A stretch of 63,843 bases of DNA, filler included, from an uncultured Myxococcia bacterium (GTDB taxonomy: Bacteria; CAZTWC01): NCBI GenBank assembly GCA_964617105.1. It is 5 parts of 5 records of this genome, joined end to end, with 100 filler letters (N's around TTAATTAATTAA, not from the genome) between each part and the next. Parts side by side here need not be neighbours in the genome. Positions count along the whole stretch, not along the records: positions 53,778 to 63,843 come from CAZTWC010000119.1; 4 more parts are not named here. One strand, written 5' to 3'. A program made the translations under genes and the position numbers. Positions 58,535 to 63,843 of the stretch are shown one piece after another (the first letter of the stretch is position 1; the number at the start of each line of letters is the position of its first letter). A model generated the notes under the pieces. It did not search any database. It was given only the letters and a program-made list of their open reading frames with translations, and was not told the DNA's origin.

Positions 58535-59587
58535 TCACTTATTTTCAGCACCTTGCGTAGGTGTTTTTAGACTCTTAAAATTGCCAGTGCCATTGGGAGA
58601 TCTGCCCCAACTCATATTGTTGAGCATCTCCTTCTCTTTCCACCACACACTGTCCACCACCTTATTATCTTTATTGATCAGCAATAGGGCATCGGGCCGG
58701 CCCAGGCCAAACTTAAAGCCGATGACACCAGTTTTGTCCTCTTTTGCCACCAGATATCCCTCCTCTTTGATCACAGTTCCCTTTGGAAAGGTATATTCAT
58801 TGGTATTGGTGCTGTCCTTGAGTTTCCAGCCACTCATATCCACCTCCCCTTTGGAACAGAAAAACTCTACCCAATCGGGAAGATCCTTTTTATTGGTATC
58901 TTGCGATTTGGCCATAACTTCGTTTATAACCAAATCGCCTCCGTGAGAGACACAGCCCCTTTTATCAAACCTGCATTTGGAGGTGCAAACCAAATCGCCA
59001 GACTTAAAACCAAAAGTGGTGCAACTCTTTTTATTGAGATTTTTGCCATCACACTCCTCGTGACTGTCAAGTTCATCGTTTCCACACTCATCGGTGTTCT
59101 CCTCACCCTTTGAGGGGGTGGATAGCACCTTGAACTCACCGGTACCATTGGGAAAACGGCCCCAACTCATGCCCGTCACCAGGTCTCCATCTTTCCATTC
59201 AATTGAACTCAACAGCCGGTTTTGAGCATCAAGCAGACGCACCTGATCCCCTTTACCCAAACCATAGGGAAATCCCTTTTGACCGGTGGCATCATGCTCT
59301 ATAACCAGATAACCGCCCTTTTCCAATTTGGTACCCTCCGGAAGGGTATAAGGGGTCCTGCCTTTGCTGTCTTTTAGCGCCCAATTACTCAAGTCAGCAT
59401 CATTGGACCCGGTGTTGTAAATCTCCACCCAATCTTTATTATCTGTAGAGAGAGCCATCAACTCATTAACCACAATATCACCGGGTTCAACAGCAGTGGA
59501 AGCCTGTTCTTTGGCATCCTCTGATCCGCAGGAAAAACTGATAAACATTAAAATAAACAGTAACAGAGCAAAGTTTTGAATTTTCAT
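58535..59587 (-). CDS. Lipoprotein with two lamin-tail domains and a myxobacterial Cys-rich repeat
   Basis: Lipobox SFSC; VVNELMA...DWVEIYN...DLSNWALKD and VINEVMA...DWVEF...SGWKLKD; ECGNDELDSHEECDG. Confidence 0.85.
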   Translation of the reverse strand: MKIQNFALLLFILMFISFSCGSEDAKEQASTAVEPGDIVVNELMALSTDNKDWVEIYNTGSNDADLSNWALKDSKGRTPYTLPEGTKLEKGGYLVIEHDATGQKGFPYGLGKGDQVRLLDAQNRLLSSIEWKDGDLVTGMSWGRFPNGTGEFKVLSTPSKGEENTDECGNDELDSHEECDGKNLNKKSCTTFGFKSGDLVCTSKCRFDKRGCVSHGGDLVINEVMAKSQDTNKKDLPDWVEFFCSKGEVDMSGWKLKDSTNTNEYTFPKGTVIKEEGYLVAKEDKTGVIGFKFGLGRPDALLLINKDNKVVDSVWWKEKEMLNNMSWGRSPNGTGNFKSLKTPTQGAENK

Positions 59588-59792
59588 AAATAGTTCCTTC
59601 TTTAACTTGTGACGATTTAAATAGAAATAAAGTTCCCACAATTTTTAACCCGGCATAAAAATGCCGGAAAAATTCATTCTAATTCCATATCACTCTTCTC
59701 TGAGTCACTGGTACCGCAATTGAGTGGGCTATGAGATATAATTACCATAAATATCATTATTTTCAAGTACATAGTCATCTCCCAAAAAACTC

Positions 59793-59856
59793 TTGACAAT
59801 ACGGTCACAATTCATTAGTTTCAAAATATAATGAAACCAATGAAACCGATGAAACA
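59793..59856 (+). promoter_or_regulatory. Sigma70 promoter overlapped by a palindromic operator
   Basis: TTGACA (59793)-17-TAGTTT; TTCATTAGTTTCA-AAATATAA-TGAAACCAATGAA (59811-59844); ATGAAAC three times at 9-bp period. Confidence 0.7.
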
Positions 59857-59862
59857 GCAATT

Positions 59863-60459
59863 ATGAGTCCTATAATATCAGTAAAAAACACAGATTATTT
59901 GGAAACCATCTTTCATACAATGGTTAATGCCTTTGCTAATTTTGCTAAAGGAACAGGGGTGGTCAGCATGGCCGAGGGCAAAACATATTGTGCCCTCCTC
60001 TTGAATGAGAAACCCTTGTCCCAGAAGAAACTGATGCATTTATTGCACATGAGCAGGGGTGGGGTAAGTGGAGCTGTTAAGCGGCTTACAGAGACAGGGT
60101 TGGTGCAAAAAAATTGGCAAAAAGGAGAGCGTTGCGAATTTTATCAAGCTCGAACCGATGTCTGGAAAATTACTTCTAGTTTATTTTTACGTCGAATTCA
60201 TATGGAGTTGAAACTTGTTCATCGCGAGATGAAATTATGCCTAAAGTTACTTTCATCCGTCACTTTGAACGTATCTGGTCAGGAAGAACCATCTAATATT
60301 CGTCACTTGAAAAACACAATACAAAAGATGGACAGCCTTGTTTTAAGAGCCTTAAATATATTTGACTATGTTTCTGGTCTTATGGGTTCTATTAAAGGTG
60401 TCCATAGGGAAACTACTTATTTTTCGGAGATTGACCGGAGAAAGGAAATAAATTTATGA
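59863..60459 (+). CDS. GbsR/MarR-family transcriptional regulator
   Basis: GKTYCALLLNEKPLS..LM..LHMSRGGVS..VKRL...GLVQK..KGERCEFYQA..DVW. Confidence 0.85.
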   Translation: MSPIISVKNTDYLETIFHTMVNAFANFAKGTGVVSMAEGKTYCALLLNEKPLSQKKLMHLLHMSRGGVSGAVKRLTETGLVQKNWQKGERCEFYQARTDVWKITSSLFLRRIHMELKLVHREMKLCLKLLSSVTLNVSGQEEPSNIRHLKNTIQKMDSLVLRALNIFDYVSGLMGSIKGVHRETTYFSEIDRRKEINL

Positions 60460-61430
60460 AGTTACCTTTCGAGATACCCCAAGAGGTCCTGGAAGACATT
60501 TCAATTACCAAAGCATTGATTAAAAAAAATGTTTCCATAGAGGACCTGGAAGATTTTCCTATGGCAGAATCGTTGGTGATTAGTACCGGCAAACTACTCC
60601 GCCCTGTTTTGCATATACTATTTGCAAGACTCTGTGGGCACGCGCAGCATAAACATATTAACAGTGCTGCTGCAATTGAATTAATCCACAATGCCTCTCT
60701 TCTACATGATGATATTCTGGATAATGCTACCTGCAGGCGGGGTCATCCCACATACAACCACAGGTATGGCACCCACCCGGCAGTACTTGGGGGAGATTAC
60801 CTATTTGTTTCTGCATTTAACCTATTAATGGAACCCTGTTACCAAGAAATACTGACAACATATATAAACTCAGTAAAGACAATGATAAAGGGTGAGTTTT
60901 TACAACTAAAATACAAAGGTGACATCTCTATCACTTTAGAGGACTACCTGGAGGTTATTTCCTGCAAAACAGCCTCCCTGATGCAGGCGGGAATCATTTC
61001 TGGCGGGCAAATTTCAGGTGCTGATAATGAGCAAATAGATAAACTCTATAAAATTGGGGAAATAATTGGCATCATCTTCCAGGTAATTGATGACATGATG
61101 GATTATAACCTCTTTGAAAAAATCACAGGCAAGGGGACTTTTAATGACTTTGCCGATGGAAGTGTAACTTTTCCCCTTATTTATCTTTTAAATGAATGCA
61201 ATCAGGTAGAGAGAGAGACGACTATTACCAAGCTTGGATCGCCACTCTCTTCGGAATGCATTACCCATCTTGAGTTTTTACTGGAAAAATATTCAGTAAA
61301 AGAAAATATAATAACTTTTTTAAAAGAAAAACAGGAACAACTTTTCAACATACTTAACACCTTTGAGCACAACAAGTTTTATTTTTGTATTCATGACCTG
61401 GTGACCTTTATGCTCCACAGGGAGTCATAA
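60456..61430 (+). CDS. Polyprenyl diphosphate synthase (IspB/HepT-like)
   Basis: GKLLRP, ELIHNASLLHDDILD..RRG, GDYL, KTA, FQVIDDMMD. Confidence 0.92.
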   Translation: MKLPFEIPQEVLEDISITKALIKKNVSIEDLEDFPMAESLVISTGKLLRPVLHILFARLCGHAQHKHINSAAAIELIHNASLLHDDILDNATCRRGHPTYNHRYGTHPAVLGGDYLFVSAFNLLMEPCYQEILTTYINSVKTMIKGEFLQLKYKGDISITLEDYLEVISCKTASLMQAGIISGGQISGADNEQIDKLYKIGEIIGIIFQVIDDMMDYNLFEKITGKGTFNDFADGSVTFPLIYLLNECNQVERETTITKLGSPLSSECITHLEFLLEKYSVKENIITFLKEKQEQLFNILNTFEHNKFYFCIHDLVTFMLHRES

Positions 61431-61435
61431 AAAAG

Positions 61436-62545
61436 ATGTCTTTTATTAATATTACATTCAAACCTGGTGCCAGACAACGGGAATTTGGTATAGTAAAACG
61501 CCTGCTTGAAAACAGTGGATACAAGTTAATGCCTGTGGGTAAAGGACGGGATAGCCTTGTCTTTAAAACTTCTGTCCCTCCGGTTTCTGGGCTAAAAGAA
61601 AAAATCGCCACTCAGCCAGGCGTTAAAAAAGCACAATATATTCCGACATCCTACCTGCTGGCAAGCAAAAATTATAAGCCTGAATCGTCAACAATAAATA
61701 TCAATAATTCCAATATCGGCAATGGAAAAATAACAGTGTTTGCCGGTCCTTGTGCAGTGGAGAGTCGACAACAGGTTTTAGAGACTGCTATTGCAGTAAA
61801 AGAGTTAGGAGTAACTGTGTTACGGGGTGGAATTTTTAAACCCAGGACTAGCCCCTACAATTTTCAAGGACTGGGTAAAAAAGGACTTGAATACCTGTTG
61901 GAAGCAAAAGAGCATACAGGGCTTGATTTGGTGGTGGAGGTAATGCAACTTAATGAAATCGCTCCAGTGGCCGAAGTAGCAGACCTTTTGCAGGTAGGCA
62001 GCCGCAATATGCAGAATTATCCTTTGCTTAAAGCACTGGGCCAGCAGGAGAAACCTGTACTGCTCAAGCGGGGTATGGGATGTTCTTTGAATGATCTGCT
62101 AATGAGTGCGGAGTATATTTTAAGTGGTGGAAACTCAGGAGTTATCTTGTGCGAAAGAGGTATTAAGACTTTTTCTGATTTTAGTCGCAACACTTTTGAC
62201 ATTAATGCAATTCCAGCATTAAAACTGCTTAGCCACCTGCCGGTAATTGGGGACCCTTCTCACGGAACTGGAGTGAGAGAGTTGGTTGGCCCGGTAGGGT
62301 TGGCAGCCTTGGCAGCCGGAGCAGATGGAATTATGGTAGAGGTTCATCCAAACCCTGAAAAAGCAAAGAGTGATGGCCACCAGAGCTTGACAGTTAAAGA
62401 GTTTCAACAATTAATGTTACAGGTTCAAAATATATCAGCAGCCCTTAACCGGCCCAGGAATTGTGTTGCAATTAACTCTCCTGCTGTAGCACAACATCTT
62501 ATAGAGGAAAAAATAGACAAAGATGGGGAATTATCAATTCATTGA
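61436..62545 (+). CDS. aroF: DAHP synthase, class I-beta
   Basis: AGPCAVES, FKPRTSPY, QVGSRNMQN, LLKRG, LCERGI, DPSHGTG, EVHPNPE..SDG. Confidence 0.93.
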   Translation: MSFINITFKPGARQREFGIVKRLLENSGYKLMPVGKGRDSLVFKTSVPPVSGLKEKIATQPGVKKAQYIPTSYLLASKNYKPESSTININNSNIGNGKITVFAGPCAVESRQQVLETAIAVKELGVTVLRGGIFKPRTSPYNFQGLGKKGLEYLLEAKEHTGLDLVVEVMQLNEIAPVAEVADLLQVGSRNMQNYPLLKALGQQEKPVLLKRGMGCSLNDLLMSAEYILSGGNSGVILCERGIKTFSDFSRNTFDINAIPALKLLSHLPVIGDPSHGTGVRELVGPVGLAALAAGADGIMVEVHPNPEKAKSDGHQSLTVKEFQQLMLQVQNISAALNRPRNCVAINSPAVAQHLIEEKIDKDGELSIH

Positions 62546-63843
62546 AAATTTGAACAACTCCTCTATTTCTGGAAATTTTGCCTCCCTGGAAAAATTTAGA
62601 GACTTTTTCAGTAATTACATGGAGAGTAAAAATCTGGTTTTCTCTTTATTTAAAGGGGTTGACAATAATCAGACTATTGTCAGGACAGAACTTGAATTAA
62701 AGACAGAAGTTTCGCCGTTAGACTGGCTGGCCGGTCAGGATAGTAAGTCAAAAATTTATTGGCAGGGACGAGATGGGATATTTGAAGTTGCCGGTGTGGG
62801 GGAGACTGATCTTGTCCAGGGAAAAGAGATAGATTTTAACAGGTTTTTTACCTTATTTCATCCTGATACCTCTAATAAATCACACTTAAAATACTATGGT
62901 GGTTTGCGGTTTAATCCTGCCCATTCTGCGGGAACAGAGTGGGATATTTTTGGAACTTTTCGCTTTGTTCTGCCAAAGTATGAATTATACAGGAATGGAG
63001 AACGGCATTTTTTTGCTTGCAACCTCCAGATAAAAAGAAATTCTTCTTGGGAAGACACCAGGAATGAATTACGGGAATGTTTGGAAAGGGTAAAATTTAC
63101 CCATATTCCACCCAATTGGCCGCTTCTTCAACCCCTGGAGCGAAAAGATCTCCCGCAATATAGCCAATGGCAGAAAAATATTGAAAAAGTGCTTAACCAC
63201 CTTAATGTATCTGCTATGGAAAAAGTTGTATTGGCCCGGAGGACATCTTTTATTTTTTCTGAACCGCCAGATCCATTATCCCTGATGGCTTTTCTGAGGG
63301 ACCGAAGTCAAAAGACATTTAATTTTTGTTTTCAGCCAGAAAATTCGAATGCTTTTGTTGGTGTTTCGCCGGAGTTACTGTATAGGCGAAAGGGAAGTCT
63401 TCTCCAGAGTGAGGCTGTGGCCGGGACCAGGACAAGAGGTAAATTTTTTAAAGAAGATCTCAAAAACGAAAAAGAGTTGCTAAATTCTGACAAAGATTTG
63501 TGGGAACATCAACTGGTATGCAACCATGTTCGGGGAACAATGGACGTTCTTTGCGACTCAGTAAAGGAAGACCGTGGAACCAGAATTTTAAAGTTAGAAC
63601 ATGTCCAACACCTTTACACCCGATATTACGGCAAGTTAAATTCAGGGGTTTTTGATAAAGACATATTGAATTCTTTGCACCCCACCCCAGCGGTTGGTGG
63701 TCATCCTTGCAGGAGTTCACTACCGATTATCTCTGAACTAGAGCATTTTGACAGGGGATGGTATGGAGGCCCAGTTGGATGGATTGCTGGTGACTCAGCT
63801 GAATTTGCGGTTGCTATCAGGTCAGGTCTGATTTCAGGAAATA
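62523..63843 (+). CDS. menF: Isochorismate synthase (runs off the window; absent from ORF track)
   Basis: Hand translation: PLDWLAGQ...IYWQGRDG, EKVVLARR, GVSPELL, EAVAGT, KDLWEHQLV, VQHL, LHPTPAVGG, FDRGWYGGPVGW, EFAVAIRSG. Confidence 0.88.
   Translation, partial: MGNYQFIENLNNSSISGNFASLEKFRDFFSNYMESKNLVFSLFKGVDNNQTIVRTELELKTEVSPLDWLAGQDSKSKIYWQGRDGIFEVAGVGETDLVQGKEIDFNRFFTLFHPDTSNKSHLKYYGGLRFNPAHSAGTEWDIFGTFRFVLPKYELYRNGERHFFACNLQIKRNSSWEDTRNELRECLERVKFTHIPPNWPLLQPLERKDLPQYSQWQKNIEKVLNHLNVSAMEKVVLARRTSFIFSEPPDPLSLMAFLRDRSQKTFNFCFQPENSNAFVGVSPELLYRRKGSLLQSEAVAGTRTRGKFFKEDLKNEKELLNSDKDLWEHQLVCNHVRGTMDVLCDSVKEDRGTRILKLEHVQHLYTRYYGKLNSGVFDKDILNSLHPTPAVGGHPCRSSLPIISELEHFDRGWYGGPVGWIAGDSAEFAVAIRSGLISGN

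Overview
The window is five unrelated contigs of about 10-13.5 kb from a draft or metagenome-assembled genome, joined by artificial 100-nt N/TTAATTAATTAA linkers (13518-13617, 27118-27217, 40495-40594, 53678-53777). Gene adjacency across linkers is therefore meaningless. Gene content (TIGR02266-type PilZ, Pkn-type Ser/Thr kinase, Cys-rich lipoproteins, sigma54 NifX/Orp genes, AUC-initiated infC) points to a moderately AT-rich deltaproteobacterium or Myxococcota-like organism (inference). Contig 1 is a housekeeping run (transglutaminase-dprA-topA-trmFO-tandem AAA+ ATPase-pyrE) followed by an unlisted >889-aa 5'-nucleotidase-like/beta-barrel ORF. Contig 2 is a type 1 BREX defence island (pglX 3' end, pglZ, brxL) with an AAA_21+DUF4276 pair and a frameshifted DUF1016 nuclease nested between pglX and pglZ. 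Every module boundary from pglX to brxL carries a palindromic array of 8-bp repeats. Deletion-scarred primase-helicase and deaminase genes follow. Contig 3 is an accessory region with several gene remnants, an MNT-HEPN pair and a tRNA-Lys att fragment bordering a very AT-rich island. Contig 4 carries upp-hpt-pilZ, aroE, ribF, tRNA-Val-infC-rpmI-rplT-merR-tRNA-Pro, a one-gene integrase-less islet at tRNA-Pro, and DUF2786/SprT, DUF1848, LEA and kinase genes. Contig 5 carries an LTD-HlyD-TolC-VTC-DUF4956 cluster and a GbsR-type regulator heading a menaquinone operon. The best candidate for an undescribed system is the octamer-palindrome-delimited cassette architecture of the BREX locus. All family assignments come from motif recognition by eye, not database searches.
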